Source: the human T2T-CHM13v2.0 reference genome, Homo sapiens
Length of the DNA stretch: 64,000 nt
Strand: one strand, 5' to 3'
NCBI RefSeq assembly: GCF_009914755.1
Contig: NC_060936.1
Below are positions 14,960 to 29,037 of this stretch, piece after piece. Both the position numbers and the translations under genes were made by a program. The notes beneath the pieces are model-generated. The model was given only the letters and a program-made list of their open reading frames with translations, ran no database searches and had not been told where the DNA came from. The stretch's first letter is position 1; every line of letters starts with the position of its first letter.

Positions 14960-15500
14960 GGCTGGAGCAGTTATCGAGTTCTTGACTTTCAGTTCTATAC
15001 CCATCCGTTTTGATTTCCTCTGTAACACTGGGACTGAACTTTGTAAACATTGCACATCTGTTAGCTGGAACAATTTACAAAAGGATTGTGCTTCTCCTCC
15101 TGATCCCAATACTCTCCTTCTTATTCCCACAAGGAAGTAGTCACCAGGAAACTCTCTTCCAGTGAGCAGCTTCTTTGCCATAATGCATGGGGCTTCAATA
15201 GTACATCCATCCAACAAGTTTTGCTGGGCCCCCGTGGGCAGTTTCTTGCTTGCCAGGCCCAGCCTGTTGCACCTCACTGAACCCCTCTACCTGGGTTCAG
15301 AGCCACATCCTTTCCAAAGAGTCTGATCTCAAACTTGGAGATGGCCCTTTCCCAAGTCTCTTCTGTCTTTGGCATGCTCCTTCAGTCCCAGAGGTAGTGC
15401 CTGCTCCCCACATCTGTGACTGCCATATTCTTCAGATTGCTTTTTACCCTTCTTAGTACATGACCCTGTTTTACAAGCATCCTTTATACATGATATGCAG
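14960..15500 (+). mobile_element. LTR41-like ERV-L LTR
   Basis: ctctgtaacactgggactgaactttgtaaaca...gttagctgg and cagtcccagaggtagtgcctgctccc..atctg resemble the recalled LTR41 consensus. Confidence 0.45.
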
Positions 15501-15609
15501 CCCCGTCCCTTCCCTAACATGAGGAAAAACAGGCCTCAAGTCATTGCATCGTCCCTGGTTGCATTAGATACTCCTCAAATTTAGTCAGGGTCCCACTGAC
15601 TATTCTGTT

Positions 15610-16560
15610 ACCTGAAAGCTAAATTGTATAACAATAGCATATAATTTGTATGTAAAGTAATAAAGGGAAGGAGGAAAAGACAATAAAAATTATTATTTAT
15701 AAAAACAAACACACATAACAAGGAAAGAGAAACTACGCAAAAGCATAGAACACTCATTTCTGCTTATATATACATGTGCCATTATTCTCAGGATCCATTC
15801 CATATTTCCATACTTCTCTTGCTCTCAGCCAAAAAGTCAATTAGTCAAGATTCCTTATCTGGTAGAGTAACTCAAGCCTTCATTTCTAAAGAGTCTGAAT
15901 CTTCAATAGTCCTACTTTTGATTGTTGCTTTGATTTTCACTAAGAACTTAATATAATGATTTTTATTTTTTAATTGACAGATAAAATGGTTTGTATTTTC
16001 TGTGTACACTATGATGCTCTAAAGTATATATACATTGTGGAATGGCTCAATCCAGCTAATTCACATATTCATTACCTCTCATAGTCCTCATTTTGGTGGT
16101 GAAAACACTACTCTCTCAGCATTTCTCAAGAATACAATATATGATGAACCTTTGTTGTCATGTGCAATGGACCTCATTCACTTATTCCTCCTGCCTAACT
16201 GAAATTTTGTATCCTTTGAACAACACCTCCCCAGCTCCCTCCCAGGATCCTTGATCTGATCTGTCAGCCTTTACCACTGAGCACGGAAGCACCAGGAGAC
16301 ATCAGGATCAAGAAATTACTTGGTTCCAGTGAGTCCCCCTTGCTCTGTGTACTAAACACGAACCCAATTTCCTTTTGGTAATTTGGTAATTTCCATCCCC
16401 AGCCAGCAGAGGCACTCTTTTCTTGCCTGTTCATTTAGCGACGGCTGTCTTCATCCTTCAATTCAGTAAAACCATTGTTGAATCCTCTGGTGGAAGCAGT
16501 CCCAACGTGGGGCCTGAAACCTCTGAACCTGCAGAGCTCAGCTGCTGGGCCAAGACATTG
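15610..16560 (-). mobile_element. Decayed ERV-L internal sequence (dUTPase and downstream pol-end region), split by an L1MA fragment
   Basis: Minus-strand translation fragments LSSAGSEV, GLLPPEDSTMVLLN*R, NYQKEIG, LLVLPCSVVK and RTIEDSDSLEMKA*VTLPDKES parallel recalled ERV-L LSSAGLEV..GMLPPGDTTMIPLNWK..DYQGEIG..LLVLPCPVIK..RTTNGPDPSGMKVWVTPPGKEP. Contains stops and frameshifts. Confidence 0.75.
15960..16245 (-). mobile_element. L1MA-type 3' end
   Basis: ttttaattgacagataaaa...tatatatacattgtggaatggctcaatccagctaatt...aactgaaattttgtatcctttga is an antisense L1MA 3'UTR. Confidence 0.8.
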
Positions 16561-17289
16561 TCTTACGGCCTTTGCAATTTTATGATTACAACAGAGATTA
16601 TTTCAGGAATTTTTTCAGAGTGAGCTTATTGCAAATTTCATGCACTGCAATTTATTTTGTTCGTTGGCTTATTTCAGTTCTGAGACTGGCCAATGCAATT
16701 AGCATTATTCTTACATAGGAGCACATTTGGACAACTTTGAAAGGCCAGTCTCCTACTCCTAAGCCAGCAGTGCCTGTTTTCAGCAATGCATATGCAAAAC
16801 AGGCAGTGTTTCCCCAGAGCAGGATCTGCCTTCCAGAGGGCCCTGGCTTTCAAACTACTGCTCACTCTGTGTCAGTGGCACAAAATCAGTTTAATGGATT
16901 GCAACCAGCTATTAAAAAACAGAATAGGCTAAAACAGAACCGAATAGAGAACAGAGTAAGAAATGTCAGAGCACATTATAGGTAGTAAGGGTGTGTACAA
17001 ATTTATGAAACTTCTCTTTGAGTTTTGAATGTGTATGTCGCATAATATGTCATTAACACAAAATGTAATTCTTACTGTGGGTTATGCTAAAAAAGTCAAG
17101 TTTACTTTTCTACAACTTATACCACGAAATGGCTAGTGCTTACACCTAAATGCAGAGAACAGCCTTGTATGGGTAATACAGTGATGTTAATTTAAAAGAA
17201 ACACTCATCCATAGCTTTCAGCTTTAACTTAATTTTAAAAAAGATAATCGTAGTAACACACAAAACGCACACTCATATACATATAATTA

Positions 17290-17500
17290 CTATCTCCCAG
17301 GCCACGTTCTTAGTGTGTTTTACTACAGACTTGTTCTTCACTATCTCAGTGACTCACCACCAATCCCCTTGGAATCGGCATTATTATTATCCTCATTTTG
17401 CAACTGAGGAAACTGAATCACAGAAAGGTAAAGTAATTTCCTGAAGGTTGCACATTTAGGAAGAACTGGAGCTAGAATTCAAACACAAACAGGCAGCCTA
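17290..17500 (-). mobile_element. MIR
   Basis: attattatcctcattttgcaactgaggaaactgaatcacagaaaggtaaagtaatttcctgaaggt is the MIR core. Confidence 0.85.
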
Positions 17501-17819
17501 TGTTTCCTTGGATCTATTGGCAAAGTTTCTTACCTGGTCATCTGGAGAAGAGAGGTGAATGGGAATTTGTTTAATAATCCTATTTGCATAAATCCAATTT
17601 ATTTAAGTGATAGGCATAGTTGGTCTTGGAGTAAGGAGGGTGACATCGTGTTTAAATTGAGCAGCAGCTAGCTCCAAAACTGTGGCAGCACCAGTAAGAA
17701 GAACTCTGATATTGTTTGTGAATCTAGTGGAGAAGTGTGTTGAACGATTAGCAAAGTCTGCCATGGGCACAGAATCAGATAATGGCACACATGCCACCAA
17801 GTATGTGCTCTGCAGTCTT

Positions 17820-18210
17820 TCTCTAAAGCACTGTGGCCTAGGCCTAGGTTCTAGTTCCTGAAGATACAGAAGTGAACAAAAAAGACAAATGAACTTTCCT
17901 ATGCAGGGAAGACAATAAAGACAGATAATAAAATGAATAATTGAATACACATACGATTTTAGGTAGTCACTTTGGATACTAAGAAGGAAAGAAAAGCAGT
18001 GCAAAGAAAAAGAGATGGCACAGAGGTAGGCAGTGGCCCTCTAAGGTATCAGGGAAGCCATCTCTGAGGAAGGGAGGTTTACTAGGACAGAATGATTGTA
18101 TTCTCATTGGAGAGAGTGACCCCACAGGTATCTGAAGAAAGAGCATTTGAGGCAGAAGAAATAGCAGAGAAACAGGCCACTTCCTTGGCTTATTCAAGGA
18201 ACAGACAAGA
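17820..18210 (-). mobile_element. L2 fragment
   Basis: agtgaacaaaaaagaca...gggaagacaataaag...cagggaagccatctctgaggaagg is an antisense L2 3' region. Confidence 0.65.
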
Positions 18211-18342
18211 CCTGTCCTAAGCCTTTCGGCCATCTATGTGTAATTTCAAATTGTACAAAAAGCTCAGAAGCATAGGCATGAGCACCCTAGAAGAATTTGT
18301 AGATGAGGAAGTGTTTTTTATTTTTGACTTTTTAAAAAAAAA

Positions 18343-18626
18343 TTATTTATTTTGAAATAGAGTGTTGCTCTGTCACCCAGGCTGCAGTGCAGTGGTGTGA
18401 CCCAGGCTGCAGCCTCCACCTCCCAGGCTCAGGTGATCCTCTCACTTCAGCCTCCCAATTAGCTGGGAGCCACAGGCTCATGCCACCACACCTGGCTAAT
18501 TTTGTTTTTTTTTTTTAGAGACGAAGTCTCAGTATGTTGCCCAGGCTGGTCTCAAACTCCTGGGCTCAAGCGATCCTCCCACCTCAGCCTCCTAAGGTTG
18601 CTGGGATTAGAGGCATGAGACACTTT
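18343..18626 (-). mobile_element. AluJ
   Basis: Antisense Alu with J-type features (ctgcagcctccacctcccaggctcaggtgatcctc; tcctgggctcaagcgatcctccc). Confidence 0.9.
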
Positions 18627-18917
18627 GTACATTTCAAAGTTTTTTTAAAAAAAATAATTTATGAGAAGCACATAAAAGAAAAATATTAAAATACTTTATA
18701 AATTGTGTAAGTACCGTCTCAGTTAATAACACATTTGAGGTTGCGGTTTGGAACTCCTTCTAGGTCTTCATGATGTGCCTGCTAAGAAGATATTTGCTCA
18801 TTTCTCTGTGGCAACCAGAACCAATTTCAGAATAAGGTCATTTTTAAAATGTAAAGAAAATTATACATTATATGACACCCCATCCAATTTAGTTCTATGT
18901 TCCAATGACCTAGTTAA

Positions 18918-19127
18918 GTGTTTCTCAGCTGGAAATGATTTCTTCCCACAGAAGACATTTGGCAATGTATGGGGACTACTGAGGTTATCCCAATTAGAGA
19001 ATGGTACTGACGTCTAGCCAGCAGAGGCCAGGTATGTTGCTAAAAATCCTACAGTGCAAAAGAAAGACCCTACTACAAAGAATCATCTGACTTGTAATGT
19101 CAATGGATCGAAGGCTGAAATGCCCTG
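18918..19127 (+). mobile_element. MER20 (hAT-Charlie) DNA transposon
   Basis: gacatttggcaatgt...agaggccagg.atgttgctaaaaatcctacagtgca...acaaagaatcatctg...aatgtcaat matches MER20. Confidence 0.85.
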
Positions 19128-19909
19128 ATTTAGGTAGAAAGCACTGGTCACAAGTGGACACTGAATCCTTTGTCTCTGCTCTGATTTTCTGCAGTTGCCA
19201 TGGAGACCAGGTGATGCACACATGCAAATTCAGTGGCCGTGCAGAAGTTTCAAGATCAGGGCGAGGGAAAAGACAGACAGTAAATGACACTGCAGAGGCA
19301 ACACTAACAAGCAAGGTTCTGCAGGGGCTGAACATCATATTCATCAAACTTTGGAGTTTGCCCTCAGAGATCCCCCTCCTGGAGCAGGGGAATTCCTGAT
19401 CTATCGACTTCTGTGTCAATATTCAGAACTACAGTCAGGAGGACCGGCTTGTTTTCCCTTCTTCTCCATACTCAAGATGACACTATAATGAGAGAGTTGG
19501 CTGCAAAATCCCTTACAAGAGATGATGGTCATCACAGTCAGAGATATGTCAAAGCACAGGCAGTGCAGCCTGGGTGGAAATGTGGTTTGGAAATTCAGAA
19601 GGAGTTTACCACTTTGATAACAGATGCATTGTGTCATTTCTTCTGGTGGTCATTTTGACATCGAAGCATTAACCTTGGATTTTGCTATTTCTTTCTAATT
19701 TTAATTCCCTTCTATTTGGCCTTATTATTAATCCTGAGAAGGCTTTTTTTTCTTTTTCAAAAAACACAAATATTTGGTATTGATCTTACCAGGGAGAACA
19801 GAAGAGTATGGCCATGTTACCTGAGAGGAGTTAGTGCTATTGCAGCATAGGGTGGAACAATTGAGGCTTCATTTGTGCAGGGAGAGAATTCAGTCTTCTT
19901 CAAAGCTGA

Positions 19910-19912
19910 TCT

Positions 19913-19956
<44 letters not shown>

Positions 19957-19970
19957 TGTGTTTGTGTGTA
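19910..19970. repeat. (CT)n(GT)n microsatellite
   Basis: Directly visible. Confidence 0.95.
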
Positions 19971-21097
19971 TCTGCCTAAAAGCTAACACCAGGATCTCAT
20001 TTTATCTGTAATTGAAACGTGAACTAATGGATTAATATTATTAGTCTGTCACCTATAGACAAAAAGAGAGTCTTCGGTGATCAGAAATCAACTTAATATA
20101 CTCTAAGTACTTTTAACATCTTACACCATTTAAACCACACAGACACACGCATGGGGTGAGTGTAAAAACAAATAGACACATCATAGAAGACAATTAGCAA
20201 TTTTGTCAGAAGTCTTAAAATATATTTCCACTATGCATTCATATTTCACTTCTAAAAATATATCCTAAGGAAATAATTTCAATGCTGCAGTTAACTATTG
20301 CTTCTGCCTGCCCTGGAAAGGTTGTTCCTTCTGCTACTGGCACCCAAATTCCCTTTGGGAATGTCTCTCTTGCCCACTCTCCATCCATGTGTTTAGGTGG
20401 GGCCAATGCCTTCCTCTGCTCAGAGAGCAGCCCCAGTGTCAGGTCTAAGAAATTAGTGAATTTCATCGTTTTGCATTGTAATCTGTTCAAAGCTGAGAAT
20501 AAGGATCAGTTAAATTTTAAGCCAGGGATGTCCCAGAACGTTAATAGAACTGTGGAAATAAGGTCTCTTTTTAATTACATGTATTGCTGGAAGGATATGA
20601 GCTTGGAAAGGTAGGGTACCACCACACGGAGAGAACCTAGCTAAAAATGTATCTGTCACAGAAAATAGTAGGGCTGAGCACGTGAACCTAGGATGGACTC
20701 CAGGCCTCTCTCACCGTCAACTAGAATCTTGGCTTGAGGAAGACAGACTTTCTATGTGCAATGCTGTGTCTCTGCTACCAAGAATGTCACTTGGGAGATG
20801 CTCATAAATGTCTGTGGGATAAAGACTTTGGGGAACAAAATCCTGATGAGGCCCCTTGAGTACCTCAACGAAGCCATTTCTGAAGCCAATGTACTCCTTT
20901 CCAGTTATGACAGTTAACATATTCTTGTGTGGGTGTGTGTTTGTTTTCTAGCTTAAGCCAGCTTGAATTGGGTTCATAACAAATAAACATTTCAAATACA
21001 AGAAATGTCTGCACAGCAGTTTATTCACTGATACTCATCTCACAATTTGCTCTGTACTGTGTGTATTTTGTATTTCGCTAGCTGGTGAGGATGAACA

Positions 21098-21442
21098 TGA
21101 GACAGCCAAGTAAAAAGGGCTCCCGGAAGAAGCTCCGTCCGGCCTGCTCATTGGGAGGAGTGCGCGCTGGGGTGCGGCCTCGGGAAATTCGCGTCATTTG
21201 CAGGAAGGAGGAGCCTGGCCTCTCCTGTTCTGGGGTGGAACTGGGGATTCCATCTGGGAGGCAGGCAACCGGCTAGCAGGACTCTCGCTTTGCTGAGAGT
21301 CCCTGTTTTCCTTTTTTATTTTTTCTTTTCGCCCAGTGAATTTTATTTTTCTCACCCTTCAAGGTGTCTGCGAGCCTCATCTTTCACGGCCGTTTGACAA
21401 GAACCCGGCTTTTAGCGGAACCAAAAAGAAAGCCCTACAACA
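21098..21442 (+). mobile_element. MER61 solo LTR (ERV1)
   Basis: tgagacagcca...cctcgggaaattcgcg..atttgcag...gaggagcctggcctctcc...ctcacccttcaa..tgtctgcgagcct...cctacaaca matches recalled MER61; TG...CA ends. Confidence 0.85.
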
Positions 21443-21826
21443 AATGGGGTCACTGTTACAGAGAGATGCTCTTAGATGCCATGCATTTAATGAGCAAGAT
21501 GTTTAGTCTTGTGTAGGTTGGTCCACCCATGCATTTCCCAGAACCCCTAAAGGGGCTTATGGGTGTCACCTTAATCACCTTAAATTTCTCTGAGACGCCT
21601 TGAGATTTTACATCCCAGGGCCAGTTTTTCTCCGGGTCCAGGGGATCAACAGCCCCTTTATGCCTTGGGATGGGATTTCACAATATCCCCTTAGGTCCAC
21701 CTCCCTGTGAATCTGTGAAGTGAGTGTGTGTTACCAAATCTGTAACATAACCTATGTGAGGTTCAGCTCATATCCAGCCAGGAAACCTGTTTACATTTAC
21801 AATGATAGAAAATAGCATCAGCATAA

Positions 21827-22153
<327 letters not shown>

Positions 22154-23626
22154 TAGTTTATTATACAGTTATTAAAACCAAGTTCATTTAATTCATTCAC
22201 TTAACAAATATTTTTTGTGCCCTGTTCCCAGATTCCCAAGCTGGCCCTGGAAGATAATGGTTTAAGAAAATGCCTGCCTCGCCTCTGAGTAACTTATACT
22301 TGCTTTCCAGTGGGAAAGGTGGATAATAAACAAGTCAATAAGCTAAATAATTACAAACTATAGCAACTCTATAAAGAAAAGGGAGCTGTGATAAGAAATA
22401 GAAAAGAGAAAGCCTATTTTCCACAGGGGTCATCAGGGAAGGTCTCTCAGAGGAGGCACTGACTCTGAGACTTAAAAAAAAAGGAGGAACCAGCCATGCA
22501 TAGCACAAGAAAGTCCTCGTGCACGCAGGGAACCAACAAGTTCCTGTGTGGCGGGCATGTCATGAGTAACAGGAAAACAGTACGAGATGGAACTGAGGTG
22601 GGGGCAAGGAAGAAGTAGTCTTCCTGGTTCCTTTCCACCTCAGTAAGGAAGCATGATTTATGTTTGTTTATTTTCATGAGAATGTATCACTGAAGAATAA
22701 GTAAAGAAAAATATATTACATGCATGCAAAAAAATACATTCTCATTCATGGATAGAAAGAAATGTTGGAAAGGAATACTTCAAATATTCAAGAATGTAAT
22801 GGGTTTATGAGTGATCTTTTTGTTACTTCTTTTGGCCTATCTACAAGGGACATATGTAAAAAGAAAAAGACCCATGGTTTAAACACAATGACACTGTAGA
22901 AAACTTAACGGATGCCTGCGTGTAATATGGTTGGCAAACACAGATGACTCGGCATGTGAAGCACAGGCAAATCCTAATGGGGGCTGCTCACCCTCCAGAG
23001 AAGCGGACCTGTCATTGCTGCTCTCCCATTAAGATGTGAGGTCATGTGCACAGATCCTCAAAGATGACTCTTTAATGGGATGTGGGCACCATGATATATA
23101 ATACTCCTATTTTCATATTGTGGCTCATATGCCATTTGAAAGCTGGCAGAAATAAACCCTTGAGAACTGAAATGGCATCTCCCTAGACCCCAGAAATATT
23201 GTCACAGGAAATATTTGGATTGTGTTAATCACTATTGAATTCCCCATTCCCTGTCTTCCAGTCAGCCCTTGTTTAAAGCTTATTTTCTGTGCCAATCAAA
23301 GATTTCTTTCAGATAATCATAAAAACTCTTCTTTGGGAACTAACAAATGTACTCCTTGGGTTTCACTGTCTACACCTCCAGGTGAATGCTGGAAGACATG
23401 ATGTTTATCCTAATGCTACTCACTTTACGGCTGTACTCAGATAAATGTGAATTTGGTTTCAATCTTCAAATACATCGTCTGAGATGAGTTGTGTAGACCA
23501 CTGCTCCATGATTACATTCAGGGAGATTCAGAGGTTCGTGATTGTGTCTAAGCCAAAAATGGTGGCAGTATATGATACGAAATGAAAGTGAGTAAAAGAT
23601 TACATAACGGAAAATATGAAAAGTGA

Positions 23627-24017
<391 letters not shown>

Positions 24018-26308
24018 TAAGCTACCTTTTTCAAGACATTGGAGAGCCCTAAGGGGAGGAGGCCATGAGCGACAAAGACCTCGGTATAAAGGAGCCCGGT
24101 TGGTGTCAGCTACTGTTTTGCACAACCTTTATCCATTAGGCACTTACCAGCTTAAGTGTGATGGGATGGGGGACTGTGAATCTCAGCAGAAATCCTAGCA
24201 TAAAACAGAAGCAAGGTAGCATTCTCAGCAGCCTCTCAAGGACAAGGAAATAAAAATTGGGGTTCACGGTCATCAAGGTAGCTAGAACTTTAAAGACTAA
24301 GATCTCAGAGAAATGGGAAAAACAGAAATGAACTCAGAGATTCTTCTCAACTCAAGGCATTTGAGAATGCCTTATTTGCACAGTGAAAGAAGCAAAGAAC
24401 CTGCAGAGAAACCTCATTAAAAGACTGAAAAGCTAAACATAGCTTTCAGCAGTCTCGTAGTTTCGGGGAGATGAAAATTACAGTTAATCGTTGTCTTGAT
24501 TTATGACAAGAGTGACACCATAGTACAGTGGCGGAAAGAATCATTCTTTGGATGTATGGTGCTAGATCAAATGAATATTCATGCAGACAAAAAATGATTC
24601 TTGAGACTTATCTAAAAGTTATACACAAAACTCTAAATTGCCTGCACTTCTATAAGTTACAGATATAATGATAATCCTTCTAGAAAGGAGTATAGGAGAA
24701 TCTCTTTATGACACTGGGTCAGGAAAATATTTTCTCATTAGTTCATGGAAAGTAAAAACCTTCAAGGAAAAAATAAATTTAGCTACATTAAATTGGAGAG
24801 TTTTACTTAACAAACAAACACCAATAATTAGCTTGACTATGGTCATTTCACAACGCACATGAATATCAAAATATCACACTGCACACATAAAATATCAGTT
24901 TTTGTTTGTCGATAATACCTCAATATAACTGTTGGAACAAAAATACCAGTAGGAAAAGGCAAGCTGTAGAAACACTATAAATATATTTTTTAAAAAGAGG
25001 AGATTCAACAGAAATGCTGGGAAATTTTGGAACAAGCATTTCCTACAAAGAAAAAAAAACACATCCAAATGATCACTGAAAGTCAGTATAGCAGTTAGTT
25101 AATTCTGGGTGTGGTGGTGACTTACAGGGTTGAAAAGGGGTCTTTCTTGGGGGCCAGTAGTATAGTAAGTCTTAATTTTGATGGTGGTTATACAAGCATG
25201 TTAACTGTAAAAAAATTGTTGAGTTCTACACCTATGATTTGTGCCTTTTTCTTTATATCAGCTGTATATATAATTCCATTTAAAATCATTTATTTAAATT
25301 TTACTTTACAAAAGAGTAGGAACACTTCCACTTTCAATCAGTATGGAGTAATGAGAGCAGGTTTTACCCACCCACCTGATACAGACAAAAAAAAAAGCCT
25401 AGAAATAAAAATATTTAAAACAATGGATTTTAAGACATTGGACATTAGCCAACAAGGAACGCTGATCCCTGAGGGATGGAAGACAAACTAGATGGATACT
25501 ACAATGCTTCTAGTTCACGACCTCAAGAGAGTATTCTTGTGGTACAGGGAAAAAGAAAGCTCTTTGATTTGAGGACTCTGAGAGACCAGCAGACCAGAAT
25601 CAAGAGGACATCATACTGAAGAAGAGAGAGAGCAGCACTCTCTTGAGAGAGAGAAAGAACTCCCACATTCTTCAGGGGAGCCTCAATCAACATGAAACAG
25701 AATTCCGGTCAGCAGAGGAATGTGAAGAACTCCCTGAAGCCAGAGGAAAGAAATATTTGAAATAATTTGTGATAACTGTATTCAGGGCCAAGTGTAGTTG
25801 TTGTTCTCGCCAGCAAGAACAGAAAGCCTCATGCTTCATGGAGTATTACACAGAGTGCAGAATGGATCTCACTCAAGAAGGGACGAATCATTAGACCTAC
25901 AATGAGCACTGTTCAAGTTGCAACGAAAACGTTGTAAAAGTAAGTTCTAAAACTGACAAACCATTTTCATAAAATATAATGGCATCCCAGAACAAAAGCC
26001 AGGATTATTTCTAGTAATGCCAAAAAACAAAAACAGAAAACCCTCACCCAACTAGGTAAACTGTACAGTGTCTGGCATCTGATTCAGATTTATTAGGCAT
26101 GGAAATAAGCACACAAATATGACCATAATAAAGAGGAAAGCCAGTCAGAAACAAAAGAGAACTGACACAGACGTTAGAATTATTAGACAAGTACATGAAT
26201 GAAGTTGTTATAACTGCATTTCATATATTCCAAGAGGTAAATAAAGCTATTTCCTCTCTTTCCCTCTCTCCCTCACATAAACACTGACACGCTCACACAC
26301 ATACAGAT

Positions 26309-26664
26309 AGAAATGCTCCTCAACTTACAACAGAGTTATGTCCAGATAAACTCAACATAAGTTATAAGTAAAAAATGCATTTAATACACCCAGTCTACGG
26401 AACATCATAGCTTAGGTTAGTCTACTTCATACATACTCATAACACTTACTTTAGCCTTCAGTTGGGCAAGATTATCTCACACAAAGCCTATCTTATAATA
26501 TAGTGTTCAATATCTCATGTAATTTATTGAATACCACACTGAAAGTGGAAAACTGTATTGTATGAGTATTCAAAGTATGATTTCTACTGCATAAATATTG
26601 CTTTTGCACCATAGTTCAGTTAAAAAAATCCTAAGTTGAAACATTGTAAGTCCAAAACTATCTG
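26309..26664 (+). mobile_element. MER47A (Tigger-derived) DNA transposon
   Basis: atgctcctcaacttac...aatgcatttaatacacc...aacatcatagcttag...cacaaagcctat...atctcatgtaatttattgaatac matches recalled MER47A along its length. Confidence 0.85.
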
Positions 26665-27766
26665 CATATGTACGTGCATTTGTATATACTTCCATGCATA
26701 TATGTCAAAATCTACATATCTACATATGTGATGAATAGATACAAGTGTTTTAACATGTAGAAAATCGTATCTCTCCCAATTAAAACTTCTAGAGATAAAA
26801 ACCACAATGTCTGAGATGGAAAATACCCTGGGGAGGAATAACAACAGACTAAGCATCACAGAATAAGAACTGTGAACATAAAACTGTAACAGTAGAATGA
26901 AATTATCCAAAATGAAACAAAGAAAAGAGAAAACAGAAAAATGAGAAGAGCATCAGTGAGCTGCACAACAATCCCAGTCACCTAATATTTGAGTAACTGA
27001 AGTTCCAAAAGGAGAAGATGAAGAGGGGGTGACAGAAAAAAATAGATTCGAGGATATAGTGACTAAATTTTTTTTCACCTAGTTTTATCAAAACTAGAGA
27101 TCCAAGAGGCTCCATGAACCCAACCCAAAGCACAAGAAGCAGAAAGAAAAATACACAAAAGCACATCATAATCAAATCAGACAAACCCAGGGATAAAATA
27201 TTAACAGCAGTCAGAGAAAAGAAGTATTTGATACAGAGTAACAAAATAATGATGAGAACCATTTCTTGTCAGAAACAAGACAAGCAAGAGGAGAGTCGGA
27301 TAGCATATTTTAAAAACTGAAAAAACAATGGTTTGTGTATTAGACAATTGTCTATCCGCAGAAAAATATTTTAAAAGTAAAGGCAAAATAAAGATTTCTT
27401 TACACAAAAGATCGATAAAAGAATTTATCAGCAACAGACCCACACTACAAGGAATATTAATAGAACTCCTTTAGGCAAAAATAAAATGATTTCAGAAGGA
27501 AAAATGGATGTCCACAAAGAAATAAACAATACTAGAAATGATAATTTCATGGATAAGTACCTAAAATTTTTTTTCTCATTTCTCATTATAAATCTCTTTA
27601 AAAGATAATTGACTATTGCAACAAATACAAAAACAATGTAATGTGAGTTTTATGTAAAAGTATGGCAACAATTGCAAAAGGTTTAGGGGAAGAAATAGAA
27701 GTACACTATTTTAGTTTCTTATACTTAAGCAAAGTAGTATAAATCACTTTAAAGTATACTGTGATT

Positions 27767-28085
27767 GTCCTTTGCCACACCTATAACTGTAGATCATCAT
27801 ATTAAGTGAAATAACTCAGAAATGGAGAGTCAAATACGGCATGTTCTCATTTACAGGTGGGAGCTAAAAAATGTGTGCACATGGACATACAGAGTGAAAA
27901 AATGGACACTGGGGAATCCAAAGGGAAGGGAGGCTGGGAGGGGAATGAGGGATGAGAAATTACTTAATGGGTATAATGTGCACTATTCAAGTAATGGCTA
28001 CACTAAAAGCCCACACTTTGCCACACTGGGCAATATACCTATGTAACCAAACTGCACTTATACCACTTAAATCTATTGAAAAAAA
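27767..28085 (+). mobile_element. L1PB-type 3' end nested in the older L1
   Basis: gggatgagaaattacttaatgggtataatgtgcactattc...cactaaaagccca; TSD tatactgtgat / tacactgtgat. Confidence 0.85.
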
Positions 28086-28888
28086 CTACACTGTGATAAG
28101 TTACAGTTGTGTAATTTAAACTCTTAAGAATGCATCAAAATAACAAAACAAAGATTTAATCAGCAAACATAGAATATAAAATGAGATCATAAAAATATTC
28201 AATTAATCCAAAAGAAGGCAGAAGAGGAAAAGAGGAAGAAAGAACATTTGAGGAAACTATAATATAAATAGTAAGATGATAGATTTAATTCTAAACATAT
28301 CAGTAATTATATTACATGTAAATGTAAAAATACTCCCACTAAAAAGGCAGATATTTTTATTTTGAATATAAAGGAAGGCTCAACTATGAAACCCACTTTA
28401 GTATAAAGAAACATATAGGTTAACATTAAAATAATGGAAAAAATTCCTGCTAACACTGAACCAAGGAAAAGTAAAATTGATACATTAATATCTCATGAAG
28501 TAAATTTTACAGCAAAGAATATCATCACAGATAAAAAAGTTTATTTCAAAATGATAAAATAGTCAATGCATTGAGAGGCTATAATAACCTTCAATATTTA
28601 CGCTCCTATTAACAGAACTTGAAAATATATGAAGCAAAAGCTGATAGAACTGCTAGAAGTAGACAAAACCACAATTATAATCAGAGATTTCAGTATTCCT
28701 CCCCAAAATTGATAGGCCTAATGGAAAAATCTGTGAGAATGTAATATACTTGAACAACACTAACAATGAACCTGACCTAATTGAGCTTCATAGAATAGTC
28801 CACCAAAGAAGAGCAGAATACACAGTTTTTTCAACTGCACATTGAATAATCATCAAGTTAAACCACATCCTGTGCAACCTAGAACTTC

Positions 28889-29000
28889 AAGTAAATTTGT
28901 AAAATTAGTATCGTGTCTTTCTTAAATATTTGGTAGAATTCAACGGTTAAACCATTTGGAACTGGACTTTTCTTTAAAGAACTTTTTAAACTAATAATGC

Positions 29001-29002
<2 letters not shown>
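28889..29002 (-). repeat. Inverted copy (113/114 identical) of 29777-29890
   Basis: Direct base-by-base comparison; single difference at 28912. Confidence 0.97.

Positions 29003-29037
<35 letters not shown>

Noticed and set aside
17525-17560. Minus-strand ctctcttctccag|ATGACCAG|gtaaga, a possible 8-nt micro-exon
   Set aside because: No supporting minus-strand gene structure; such motif pairs occur by chance.
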